Below, one piece after another: positions 49,988 to 63,328 of a stretch of DNA of 64,000 bases. The DNA comes from Antedon mediterranea. Taxonomy: Eukaryota; Animalia; Echinodermata. Within the stretch, counting starts at the first letter, position 1. Each line of letters opens with the position of its first letter. The stretch covers positions 17,481,648-17,545,647 of the forward strand of contig NC_092673.1 in the NCBI RefSeq assembly GCF_964355755.1, in the 5' to 3' direction. A program made the position numbers and the translations under genes. The notes below the pieces were generated by a model. That model was given only the letters and a program-made list of their open reading frames with translations, was not told where the DNA came from and searched no databases.

Positions 49988-52900
49988 ATGAGAATATTCC
50001 ATCTGCTATTACTGCTCATGGTGCAGATGTTCAGGAAGTGTACACTAAGGCATTGACTGAGGGATCTGTCAAAATCAATCTTGGAATGCTTAAAGTGATT
50101 GGGCCGGAAGGAGTAGGTAAAACATGCCTCATAAATGCTTGTCTTGGAAAGAAGTAAGTACTAGTTAAAGGACAGTGAAATTAACTATGAAATATGCAAG
50201 TTAACTATTAAAAAAATATGATTCATTTTAAAAACCAATTCCCTAATATCGCAGCCTTAAAAGTAACTCAAGTTCACTAATGGTTTCAAATAATTTTCAC
50301 TTCAAATTTAACTCCAAGCATAATGTTTACAGCACTTAAAAGTGACCCAAGTTCATTATTGGTTTCAACTGATTTTCACTTCAGATTTAACCCCAAACAT
50401 GATGTTACAGATGGAATAGCAGTGATAAGAACTGTAAGCACAACATGGACAGAAGATCATGAGGATAGTGGTAAACATAAATACATTTAGCTTTTCATCC
50501 CTCTTGCTGTGAATTATGATAAACTATTGAAAGATAAATTGGAGATCAATATACTACTGACACACAGTAGTATATTGTTGGATTCTATGTTAATGTTGAT
50601 ATGAACAGTCGTGTAACTGGCTGATTTCTGCATGATTTTTTTTTTACATATTAAATATTGTTACTCCTGATCTTTTCTGATGCAAAACATTTGATGGTTT
50701 GCTTCTTTCAGGATTGTATTTCATGCAATTTACATTACAAGTAGTTTGAAAGTGGTAACCTAATAATCAAATATTATTCACTTAAATCAACCCAAGGACC
50801 TACAGAAATAAATAACTTTGTTTTGTTATTTTCAGGTAATCCCTCAAAACAGTATACGAAATTTGTCGCTGACAAAATGAGAACAATGAAAACTGAAAAC
50901 GTATGTCAACAACATTTTATTAAAAACATTAAAATAATACAAAAGGCATTTATACTTCTTTTATTTTTGGAAAGATATCAATCTAGTCCACTGGACTTAC
51001 TTACTAACGTAAGTTCAGTGAACTAGATTGATATCCTTCCAAATAAAAATTACACTACCTGAATGAATGAGAATATTATTCATATCCGCATTTATACTAT
51101 TATTACTAGCCTAAACTGAGGGGTTTGTTTTCTTAATGTAAATCAATGATTCTTTAACAAGCAAATGAAAAATAATGTGCTTTGGAAAGTAAATGTATTT
51201 TCTATTTAGGTAAATATAAAAATATTTAAATCAATATAGCTCATCGGCGATGAGCTATGCTCGACGCGATTATGAGATCATGTTCCGAATATGAGCACTG
51301 TTTCAATAATTTAACAGTATGATTTATAAAGAATATTTAACTATTTAGGTTTGTTTTCATTATACGAGTTAGGTTGTCCAGAAAGATGATGATGAGTCTG
51401 AAAATATTGAGGGCCATGATGATGATATTAATGACAACCACACCAGTAGGGAAGACAACCACAGCAAAAATGATGGTCATGACAACCACAGCAAAGATGA
51501 TGATCATGACAGCCACAGCAAAGATGATGATCATGGCAACCACAGCAAAGATGATGATCATGACAGCCACAGCAAAGATGATGATCATGGCAACCACAGC
51601 AAAGACGATGATCATGAAAACCACAGCAAAGATGATGATCATGGCAACCACAGCAAAGATGATGATCATGGCAACCACAGCAAAGATGATGATCATGGCA
51701 ACCAGAGCAAAGATGATGATCATGGCAACCACAGCAAACAGAGCAGTGATAATGATCATGACAAACAGAGCAGTCATGGTAATGATTATTTTTTGTAACT
51801 TTTAAAATTCTGTTTTTTTAAACAATAGTATTGAGAATTATGTAACATTAATGATGAACCTTTTTAATGACTGTAACATAACATGTGCAATCCTGAGATT
51901 TGATCCCATTCACAATATAGTGGAGTTTATACTGTACCGTGATCGTACCATTTTACAACAATTAAATTGGAAGGTAATACTGTATCTGCTGTATTAATTA
52001 ATTATTTGCAGTTATAAATTAATTGTTGTTTTTCTAATAGAAATATTTTCCAACTTTACTAAAGAACTTTTAGACATTTTATTGTATATTTATATGATTA
52101 AATGTGAGTAAAATAATTTAAAAACTACTATACAATTTATAAAGATATGACTAAAACAATGACAAAACTCAAACGTTGACTAAAATGATTATGTATACAA
52201 AAACAATGATGAGAATGATTGTTATGAGTATATATATTGTTGACAATTACAATGATGATGATGACAATGATTATGACAAAAACTACAACATTCATGATAA
52301 TGAAGATGACAACTACAACATTGATTATAATAACAAACAATAACAACAACAACAATGATGAATTTTTAATGACTATATAATGATGATAGTGATGACAACT
52401 ATGATAAATGAGATTACTACAATGGAGCTTTTTGCATGTGGAGTATTACAAACAAAATCTGTTTTACCTTCAGGTACTGACATTCCATTTGATACAGAAC
52501 AGCAGTTAGATAAAAATGTGATCAAACAAGTTAAGGAAAATAAGAAAGAGACATTGAAAGAAACATTCAACATCTATGATCATGGTGGACAATTGATATA
52601 CCATGGTATTCATCGTGTAAGTTCTTTTAAGTGATGTTTTATTGGGGAGGTGTTGGGCGTTTATTCAAATAAATACCATCCTAATTGGTATAATTAATAC
52701 ATTATTTTAGTTTAAACATCTTTTGAAACTACTTCCGTGACACAGTGGGCCGTTTTAGCCTAAGACGGAAGAAGTTTTAGACGGCTTGCAACATGGGAAG
52801 AAGTATATCCTATGGTCCTAATGAGACACAGGTAGGGAAAAGTTATACAGACCTGCCAGCTTATTAAACAACTCGGCTATTGGGATTCACTTGATTTTAA

Positions 52901-55900
52901 ACAAAAGGTCTTATCATCAGTTCTCCTGATTTAATTTTATATACTATTCCCCACAATATACTCCAATGCTTTATGAATATATTTAAGTTGCAGTATGTAT
53001 AATTCTTGTTTTGCTAACTACTATACTTTCACACCCGCGGTCCGAAAATAAAAAAAAACTAAAATGGGTAACGGCCAACTTAGTTACAAGATGTTGACTC
53101 ACCTTGAACCCGGAACTAACTTTATCGCCGACACTTAAAAATCTACCGATGCAACCAAACATTTCGTTTTAAAACCCTCCATGATATCTTCCTAAGAGAG
53201 AAATATGGAGCAATATCGTATAGGCCTGCTAAAATGTTGTAGAATATACCTATCGCAGTACACATATATTGATTGCTTAGAGGTTAAATATAAGATTTGA
53301 CATCCCCGAGGGAATGATATTATGTTCGAGGGAATATATATTTCCCGAAGCGCAAGCTGAGGGAAATATATAATTCTCGAGAACTTAATATCATTCCCGA
53401 GGGGATGTCTAATCTTATATTTTACCGATATAAAAGGCGATATCTGTTATATTACATAGCCAACAACAAGTAGAATATCTGCTGGGTCGGGTAGCTAGGC
53501 TAGGCCTCCTTTTTGTATTGTATGTAAACAGGCTGCCCATTCACCTTACATTTCGAAGAATAATATACAGATAATTACTAATTAATGATTCCTTGGCAAC
53601 AAAATATTCACTAGCCTAAGTCGTTTAAATAATAATAGAAGAATTTCCATCAATAAGCCTACATTAATAATAATAATATTAATATCAGGTAGGCCGAATA
53701 ATTTGTCTTCTTCGATCGAGCCGAATCACCGGCCAGATGTTCAGTGCGTCGCGCGCATACCGGTTACTACTGTGAGTATTAACCAATCACAAACAGTATT
53801 TCATCACATCTAGGGAGGACTAATAACAAATGAGGGCGCTATGTATGCATAGTTTAAAGGGATTACGGTCGAAGCGGCCGCCAACCAAAGCGGCCGCTAG
53901 TTCAATAACGGTAATTTGTATGGAACGCCGTGTGCGCTTTGATTGTCGTTGTTTTGTCATTTTTGATTGTCATTGTTTCGATCGTCAAGTTTTCTTTTCC
54001 TCGGACGTAAATAACAACTTATTATTAATATTATGTAATATATTCTCTTTTTTGACAGATTGAATGTGATACCTTCTTTTAAACGAAATGGCGAATCGAT
54101 GATTACTTACTTTAACTGTTCTAAATGATATATATGTTTAATAAAGTCAATAAAAAACATTGTGGTGTTTTTATTGTATAATATATAATATGCCAATTAT
54201 TAAGAATAATATATATATTTTTTCAATTTCTTCCCTGCAATTTTGGACGTTTTTTGGAAAATAATACATATATATCACTTTAAAAACATTAAACCATGTC
54301 ATTCCTTGTCTTAAATGTACGTTTTATGGTAAATTATGATAAAAAGTGAGAAACAATGCACTACCTAAGTAGCTCGCGGCGATCGACCTCTCGTGGACGG
54401 TCTTAGTGTTGTAGGCCTAGCTGGTAAACATCGATAACGTACGAACATCGTACGCTAGCTATATACCGAGCCTGACGTTGTATAGTTGCTGCATTAGTTG
54501 TATTTCTATTTTTGCCAGACTCCGTTGATACAAATTGGGGAAAACCCGGTATTTTCGCTGAAAAGTTAGGAGTCTTCCATTTGTTTTGGCTTCACGATCA
54601 ATCGAAAAGTGGGCGAATTACAGGTGAAAAACAAAAATATCAATCCGCGCGCAATGCATTTTGGGATTTATAGCGGGCCGCTATAATTATTAGAATCGAT
54701 TTATTTTTCACATTTTTAACCGTTTAAAGACGAAAAAAGTTATCGCAATAGGACCATATAGTATTATTTTTACATTAAATATAGTTTGTGATCTTAAATT
54801 AGATCTAAAAAACGTAGGGAATGGGGCTTTAAATAGTTTAGTTGATTAATTTCTTCCAGCAAGTTCCGTGGCGCAGCGCAAGAAGCGATGTCTTGTGATG
54901 GAGGGACAATTTCATCGCGAGTTCAAGATCCAGTAGATGACTTTTATTTATTTACGAAAATTACACAGTCAATATCATCGTACTCGAGAATTTATATGAT
55001 TAATGACAGGGACAGGACAATTACGCGAAAATTACTCAGTCAATATCATCGTTCTTGAGTAATATACGATTTACGATCCTCGCAGCGTTAGTCATGTGAT
55101 GCAGTTTCAACCAATCACGTTTGCGTATTTACATAGGCTATGTAATATATAATAATAGTCTTTATTTATGTTAGGGACCACTACCGAATAAATGGTACTT
55201 GTTCATAGGCCTTTAAGAATATTAATAAAATATTTGAATAACAAGCACATTATTTTTTCCAGATCTTCGTAACATCAGAAGCACTTTACATCGTAGTGTT
55301 TGATCTCAGTGTGAACCTTAAAGATCGTGCTATCGTCATTGATCCTAATGGCGTAAGTATTGTAAGACTAATTAAGCTATTGTAGTTGTTGTGCTGGAAC
55401 AAGTCTTCTTGATAAGAAAAAAAAAGCATTTACTTTTTTTTAAATCAAAAAGGTAATTTTGTTCTGTTTTTGTTTTTTTTTTAGAAAAGGCATCAACATC
55501 ATTGGACCAACCTCCAGTTCATATTATCTTACATCCTGTCAGTTTATTCTCATAGTCGTATTGTGGGAAAAAACGAAGCAAAGGGAGTTCACAAACCAAC
55601 TATCCTTATTGTGGGTACACATAAGGGGAAGCTTGGTAAGACTGAAAAACAACAAGATGATGAGGTAATACTCAACTACTAAGAATACAAAGTCTATAAG
55701 CAAATGTAAAGAAACTTAGTCCTGGAGTAGTGTATCAAGTAATTTTATTACTTAAGTCTAACCTGTGATTACTATAGTAGTAAGTAGTAGTACCGAGTCT
55801 ATCGTAACAAAGTTTTTGAATATTAATCTATATATAAATTTACGTACGGGCAAAATTCGGTAAATCGCGCGTTACTTCTAGAATGTTTATTCGATGGTAT

Positions 55901-58900
55901 ATAAAGTTGGTTCGTACGTTCGGTACTGATTTTAACCACCTGATGTAACCCTGTTTACTAATTAAATTGAGTCAGATAATTAGTTATTGACGATTAAAAC
56001 AAATTTAGGTTCAACGATTTAGGGGTGTTTTCCGATCGTGGTATACACTGTCTAATACATGTCCATCGTGAAAAATACCCGCATACAATAATACGAGGAT
56101 GCTTCGCATTTTCCTATCTCCTCCTTCGATAACTGTTTTTAATGGCTGAAAACCGGTTGAACAGCTCGAGTACAGCATCATAATGTTGAAGACAGGCCGA
56201 TTTTTTTAAACAAATACTATTTTGATAGATTTAATATACGTTTATAGAAATGTATTGATTTGCAATGAATGGAACATTCCAAATTATTGCATACCTCCAT
56301 GGTTTAACACAAGTAGGTAAATTTATAGACCCTTGGAGAATTAACAGAAATAGTATTGTAATGCTATACAATACTGCAAATAGGTATTAACCACTTTTGA
56401 TCGCCATTTAAGTGTGTTGGTACTGTTAGATATAATATAAACAAATATACTAATAAACGTTATCACTGTGAGTGTGGGTAGCTCCTACTTTTAGATTATA
56501 AACACATAATAATATAATACGTTATTACTGTCAGTTGTTTCTCAACGTATGTATTAATTAATAATTACAAAAATATAAACGTATTAGTGGTCTTTAAATG
56601 TACTTTACCATTTCAATCGACCATGAGACAGTGACAGTTTTAATAAAGTATTAAATCGGAAATGTTTTACTCTATGTAGTGGTATATTATTTATAGGCCT
56701 ATAAACAAAATATTTCGTTACTGATTGGATAATAAAGAAATAATATAAAGAATAATTTAACAAATTGGGTTTGTTTAAATGAGTTCAAATAAAAAATTTC
56801 GTCTCATTTTGTGACAAGTTTCTAGGTGCTAATTTTGGTTGACTACATAAATCATTGTGTCTATTTATTTGTTTCTGTAAACGACAATGTTTTATAGTCC
56901 TGCCGTACGTACATTTGAAATCGCCAGTTTTTTTACGCTGAAATTACTATGTATTCGAGAACCATCTGTGGGCACGAACTAGATGGTACGCGAGCGAAGC
57001 GAGCGTACCATCTAGTTAGAATAAATTACAGTAATTTACCCATGTTATTATATGAATATATTTTTTTTAGGCAAATAAGGTATTTGAAAAGCTTCGAGGT
57101 GCACTTGGAGAAAAACTGAAAGTACATGTGTATAACCATTATTTTGCCATCGAAAACAGTGAAGAAACAACAGATGAGAGCTTTAGTGAACTAAAAAAGG
57201 TTATTGATGAGTTTATGTCAGATTTAGAAAGGCCTGTTCCTTTGAAGTGGATGCGTTTTCGGTGTGGCATATATAATCTAAGGAGAGAAAAACACTTTTC
57301 TTTGTGTCCTGTTGAAGAGGTAAATTTAATTTAATGTTTTGTTTGTATTTTTTTAATATGTTTTTTTAAATATTTAGGCAAATTGCCAAAGATAACCATA
57401 AGCGAATTCATTCACTATTCTTCTTAAAGGTGGCAATCATGTTCACAAGATAAACATATACTTTTTAGTAGTAATTAATAGTATCTAAAAAAGCATAAAC
57501 AAAAGATTTTTCCCACTATTAAAAAGCAAATAATATTAGTAAATGTGAGCCAGACCTAGTAATATTACATGAAATATTCATTGCTATGTTGCCATTCAGT
57601 GAGAACAATTTCTGTATATATCCCCCATGGCTGTGTGAGAATGACGTTTTCCTTCAGATCCAACATTATGCAGTAAATCAAGTAAATGACAAAAAGTGAC
57701 AGTATTTTGCGCAAAACTGTTTTATATTGGTAATTGTACCTAAAGCATTTTGTGTTGTAAAGCGATGTTTCGCAAACTATGGGCTGCCAGTTTACAACAA
57801 ACAGTGTAAATTTGATGTTATGCAGGTTTTGAGTTTGTGGTTTGATATTCCAAAAATGTTTGTAACATACCAAATGCAATTGATACAGGTATGTGCGACT
57901 AAAGTTTCAATCGCGAATTATGTGAGAACTGTGACATGACAGAGTGATATGTCCTGTGTGCATTATAAAGGCAAAACCCTGATGCTGCTGATTTTTTCGG
58001 TGTTTTTTACCCTAAAAAAAATATCACAACGCAATTTCCAGGGAGCTAGAGCTCCATATTCCTAATTACCTCACCCTCAACCATGTGGGACTGAGGTGGT
58101 GGGTTCTTTTATTTATATGTGTAGTTGAAGTTTCGACCACGATGTAAGATGTAATGTAACGCAATACATTGACATGTCTAGTGTCTGCTATAAAGGAGAA
58201 ATCAAACCGGGCTGCGCTGAATTTAAACAATTTTTTCGTGGATCATCATCAGTGCAATTTCTATCCTCCAAAAAAAAAAATTACAAAACAATTCAAGGGA
58301 CCTAGAGGTCCATATTCCAAAAATGTTCTGGGTGTCTAGAAAACTCAGATCTCAGATATATCTGAGTTTTCAAGATCTAGAAAACTCAGATATTTGAGTT
58401 TTCTAGATCTAGAAAACTCAGATATCAAGATCTGAGTTTTCTAGTTCCAGAATGGAACTAGAAAACCCAGATCATCAAATGGATCGTTCCATTATTAATC
58501 AAAGGGTAGCAGCCTACTGTACAACTTTAATCATAAAGAAATTCAGTATACACCTTTTAAATTTAGGTTTAGCACTTAAGCCTAGCCTAGCTAAGCAAAC
58601 TCAATTCAAGGCTCAACGTGTGGGCGCTATCGCGATGTATCGCGAAGAGTAGGCTTGGCCCTACTAGGCTAGAAGTGGTCAACTCGTACCCAAAATAACT
58701 CGTACCTATTCCCAACTTGGCTAACTCGTACCTCAACCAACTCGTACCCACACCAACTCATAATACCTAATTTTTAAGCCTACATTTTAACGGTAATGTG
58801 CACTGTATTTTCTTTATGATTTAAGCCGTAGGACGCTTCTACATGTTACAATATTAGTAAGAAAACATACACAGTAATCAGTTTTAATAATACTCTAGTA

Positions 58901-61900
58901 TTTCAAATGACCTACCTTCTGATTAATAATGGAATGATCCAAATGACCTACCAACCAATCATTTGATGATCTGAGTTTTCTAGTTTCATTCTGGAACTAG
59001 AAAACTCAGATATTGATATCTGAGTTTTCTAGATCTAGAAAACTCAGATATTGATATCTGAGTTTTCTAGATCCTACCTATGATTTCATTTTTTTTCTTC
59101 AGCTCAAAGAGCTGGCAAGTGAGAATGGTATTGCAGATGAAAAACAATCAATCCTTCTTAACTTCCTGTATGATGTTGGTGAAATTATTTACATGCCTGA
59201 CAACAAATTATTGAAAGATAAAGCAGTGTTAGATCCGATGCAGCTTGTTGAAATTGTTACTACATTTGTAACAGTCAATCGACCAAAATATCCAGTAAGT
59301 AGGTTAAAAAAATTGCTAATTCAGTGTTCCTTGGGGAAATAATAGAGGTACATGTGAATTTCTATATCATTCATGTATCAAATGCAATATCTGACAGTTA
59401 CCTTATAGTTTAACATTGAGTGATTGTATAAGGGTTTAAACATGTAATTGCATCTATAATTCTGCTGTTTGATAACTTAATAAACACAAATTTTTAATAA
59501 ATGTGGCTAATTGGTGTGTTTTTTTAGCCGGCCATGTATATCGATGCCTTTAAAAAGCTTGACAAGGGCATACTGGAGGAAGACTTGTTGCGTAAATTAT
59601 GGAAAGAGCGTGAAGTTGACAAAGGAAAGAATTTTAAGTTCCTTGTAGCACTGATGATTCAATTAGGTTTCATTTGTGAGAGGAAGACAACCAGCAGCCA
59701 AGATTTGGCAAGTACATCTACAGTAGGTTTTGTTCAGTTATCTTTTCTAACATGTTTTGCATGCAAGTTTAAGTATACAACAATTATTTTTGATATAATA
59801 CATATTATAATGTATATTTGTGAATTTTTACCTAAAAGTTTGAAATATTTGTAGGATGAAAGATGCTTTTACCATGTACAGGAAATGATCTTTAGTTTTC
59901 TTATTAAAAGAAATCTAAATGGCATTTTACAAATTTCAGGAATCGGTTGTGAAGCGGTCATTTTTTGTGCCATTACGCCTTGCTTTCAAGACGTCAAAGA
60001 AAGTGAAACCAGTGCCTGATAAATTTCCAGCTATCAGTATATATTACGACTTTAAGGGATATCTGCCAGATGTATTGTTTCCATATATGATTATTGATTT
60101 CCTCAACAAATTTCAAAAAGGCGATGACCCAGTACTGTCATATAATCATGCTGAACTTTACTTGGACCAAGATCATGTTGTTACTTTATCTCTTGTCAAA
60201 TTTGTAACTAATGAAGATGAGCGAAAATTCTTGTTAAAGGTACTTAAAGGTGTCATACAATTTTTTTTTTTCTTTTTCAATAAATATTACCTACTTGCTT
60301 TGAGTTGATTAGTAAAAAGCAAAATAATTTTGTAAACATTTTTGTGTTAAATGTTAACTTAGAATTTACTCTATGTACAAAAGATTTCAAATTCAAATAT
60401 ATGCTTCCTTTTTTTCCTCCAGGTGAGTATTAAAAGAACACCTACTCGTAAGAAAACAAGTACCGATGAACCTTTATCTGAAGCATGTAAAGAGGTATGT
60501 TATGATCAAGGATATTTATTATTTTTTGCGATAGCCTATTGTTATTGTCAAAAATTTCATTTTTTCTGCTCATTTTTGTGTCTCGCAGATCTCTAAAACG
60601 GCGGAAGCAGTTCAGCCAGTAGGTGCACCTGACTTTGGTTTAATGAAAATATGGTCGCGTAAGCGTAGGCCTACCTATGCGCAATTTTCTGAAATTCTTA
60701 AATTGACTATAAATTCAAAACTAACAGCCTTTTTTAAATGAAACTTGGACACATGTATATGCTTCATGTCAATAAGGGGGCGGATAGTGACATTTTCCCC
60801 ATAGGACTATTTTGAGTACAATCGTCACAACAGGGCGTTTCGCGCAAGTCAGCATTTGCACATGGCGGAAAAAGGTGCTTGTTGTTGATAAATTTCATGA
60901 TAAATGGCACCTCTAATTTGCAGGAAAAGACACTCTCATATGTAGCATGCTACCAATGAGCAAAACGATCATACTTTTCCCCTCCAATAAACACATGTGA
61001 CTAATTGAAGGACAATATAACATTTTGTTGCCGATTTCATTCACTCAGTATTTAGTTTTGATTGCGTTGCGTTCAAGTTCAATGCGAACGTACATCTAGG
61101 GGAAGCCCCTGAAAAAAGCGGAAAATTTAATGCTTATTATAGCTCAATATTTGTTGAGGAAATTAAATATATAAATATAAATATAAATAGGTATTGATAC
61201 AGTTGGGTGGGTGGCCTAGAAAAAAAATCTGTTGCTATAATGTATACTACATCGCACAGTTACCACAGTTAGTGTACTATATTATTATTAACATATCCTC
61301 TATGATGATGATACACTATACTATAGCCACACATACTGTAGTAGGTAAACATGGCGTTCCATTTTTTACGTATATACACTAGAAACAATAGGTAGGCCTA
61401 CGTGGTTGTATGGTGGTGTCCTTTGTACGAATCGTTCGAGCCCAGCTCGCTGTATGGGTACGATACACGCGTCAATATCATGTTACATCCAGGGACCAAA
61501 ATGCGTTTATTTTTAATGTGAAAATAGGCAATTCATTTCGCAACTATTAGAAATTTACAGACAGCAACGGCAATGGTAACCTCTAATAAAAAGTAAATTA
61601 GCACTGTGCTGAAACAAAGTGTTTTAATCAAAAGTGAAAGTACTTTATTCTTTTGGTTTTTTTTCCAAATTTTTTTTCCTTATGGTAGGATAATTTTTTT
61701 TTCTAAAGATTTATAGGGGCGGGCGTGCAGAGGGTACGCCCCCCTCTCTGGATCCGCCACTGTCAAGGGTCATCTTCCTGTATCATCAGCACAATTTTCA
61801 GAACATTTTAAGCATTTCGTATATGTGTGCAGCGGACTCAAAACCTTATAAAAAATTTTGTTGTTATTGTAGTTGGCTTTATGTTTTGGAAATCAATATC

Positions 61901-62411
61901 CAATGTATTTTTTTAGGTTTTGTTTACAATCCAAAAGTCATTTGACATTTCAATCAGTATATTTGATCATCCTCAGGAGTGAAAATTCAGAAAGTCCTCA
62001 ATCGTGAGGTATTCAAACGAAATGTCAAAAAACTCAACAGTTCTTTATCAAACAAAATATATGTACCGCAAACTTTATATCAACATATTAAAAAAAAAAC
62101 ATATTGATTTCGCCATGCAAACCTTCAAACAATATACTGTGTCTTAAATTGTCACTTGGCTTTATGTTGGAAATCAATATTCAATGTATATTTTTAGGCA
62201 TTGTTAACGATCCAGAAGTCATTTGAACCTTCTAAAGATGGTGGTAGAAGAGGGATTCAATTTGAGAGATGCATACTTTGTGAATGTAGTGAAAAATCAA
62301 AAAAGAAGCACATTCAAAATCTTGAAAATTTCCAGTATGAGAAGTTGACATGCACTAAAACTGGCAGGTCTGTTACGATGGATGTTAAACGTTACAAGCG
62401 GCTATTTGGAG
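49988..62411 (+). CDS. ROCO-family gene, Roc-COR module 3 (13 exons, 786 codons, phase 1 to phase 1)
   Basis: GT-AG exons 49988-50153, 50385-50470, 50836-50900, 51373-51778, 52474-52616, 55263-55352, 55485-55664, 57071-57319, 59103-59294, 59528-59722, 59940-60239, 60423-60494, 62198-62411 splice in frame; motifs GPEGVGKT, VTDGI, IYDHGGQ, VGTHKG, FAIEN, VPLKW, FLYDVGEIIY, VLDPMQL; same intron positions as module 1. Confidence 0.88.
51454..51740 (+). repeat. Coding 27-bp minisatellite, 10 full copies plus a partial, encoding (G/D)NHSKDDDH
   Basis: Unit GGCAACCACAGCAAAGATGATGATCAT inside exon 51373-51778; the reading frame is fixed by the flanking splice phases. Confidence 0.88.
53265..55150. 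mobile_element. Non-autonomous element with a long left-end hairpin and asymmetric subterminal inverted repeats (possibly Crypton-like)
   Basis: Hairpin ATATAAGATTTGACATCCCCGAGGGAATGATATT...AATATCATTCCCGAGGGGATGTCTAATCTTATAT (53287-53420); TATATTACATAGCC (~53447) is inverted at 55136-55149; absent from the corresponding module-1 intron. Boundaries and class are uncertain. Confidence 0.45.
55827..57015 (+). mobile_element. Non-autonomous Helitron, second complete copy
   Basis: A|TCTATATATA...CCATCTAG|T with the same terminal hairpin as 29761-31072. Confidence 0.92.
58330..59075. mobile_element. MITE with repetitive inverted ends and an internal (AACTCGTACC)n block
   Basis: CTAGAAAACTCAGAT / ATCTGAGTTTTCTAG repeated in both orientations at 58336-58480 and 58964-59072; AACTCGTACC repeats at 58681-58760. 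Confidence 0.65.
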
Positions 62412-63328
62412 GTGAGTAACAAAAGAGACAATGGCATTTTTATTCATTTTTTTTACCCCTAACTATAGTAAACAGTGTGAAACAATTAGACAGTCAGTCA
62501 GAAACTGCTAAACAATATGAGGATAAATTAAGGTTCAAATGTATAATACTATACACATAATGAATGTTTATGAGTTGAATGGTCAGAATATTTCATGAAT
62601 AGAAAGATTGAAGGCTCTATTTTTAATGAGGCAGAGCCGAAATACAAAACATTCATTTTATTCAATTTATTGATCGTTAATCATTGACAAATGCTAGGCC
62701 ATGAAGCTAGGCCATTCAAAAAGACAGTGCTCCAAATTTGAACACGGAGTAGAACATTTATAGACGGTGCTCAGAACAAGTTGATTTTCAAACCCAATCA
62801 GCCAACAATGAATCCATTCAGCAAATAGAAAACATATTTAATTTTAAGAAAAATGTTAAATCACATTTCTGTTCAACCAAATAACTATATAAGTCAATCA
62901 TAGTCTTTTAATTTAACTTGTTTTATTATATTATTGTTTTTGTTATATTTACGTGTTTAATGCAATACTTAGTAATTTTTATATTTTTTATTGATTGTAA
63001 AAGGATGCCAATGGAAATAAGCTAATAAGCTTTTTGGGCTATCCTGGAAAATCTTTTATAAATGTATAATTTGTAATGTCCGTAATTTATGTTATCACTT
63101 TGTATATGTATTTGTTATGATGATTTTCCTAATAAATTCAAATCAAATGTCGCGTTGCAAAAATTCTCAAATTGTTTGCAAAAAACTGAAAGTGCGTTAA
63201 AGTATCATTTGGAATTAGCCCCAACTAACTTGTTTATAAAATAAATTGTTGCATTCATGACTATGTTTGAATGTGATATGAATTTGAGTATCTATTGAAT
63301 ATATTGTTATATTTTTCAGTAAATACAG

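Noticed and set aside
51337-51805. 146-aa hydrophobic (AVVAMIIIF)n ORF on - and 143-aa Met/Thr-rich ORF on +
   Set aside because: Both are alternative frames of the 27-bp repeat; splice phases select the His/Asp frame.
60515-61765. Probable TE-derived insert(s) in a module-3 intron, ending GGATCCGCCACTG
   Set aside because: Absent from the module-1 intron and TE-like, but matching termini or a TSD could not be identified.
14358-62411. Naming the gene LRRK2, DAPK1 or MFHAS1
   Set aside because: No LRR, ankyrin, kinase or death-domain exons are visible in the window; only family-level ROCO assignment is supported.
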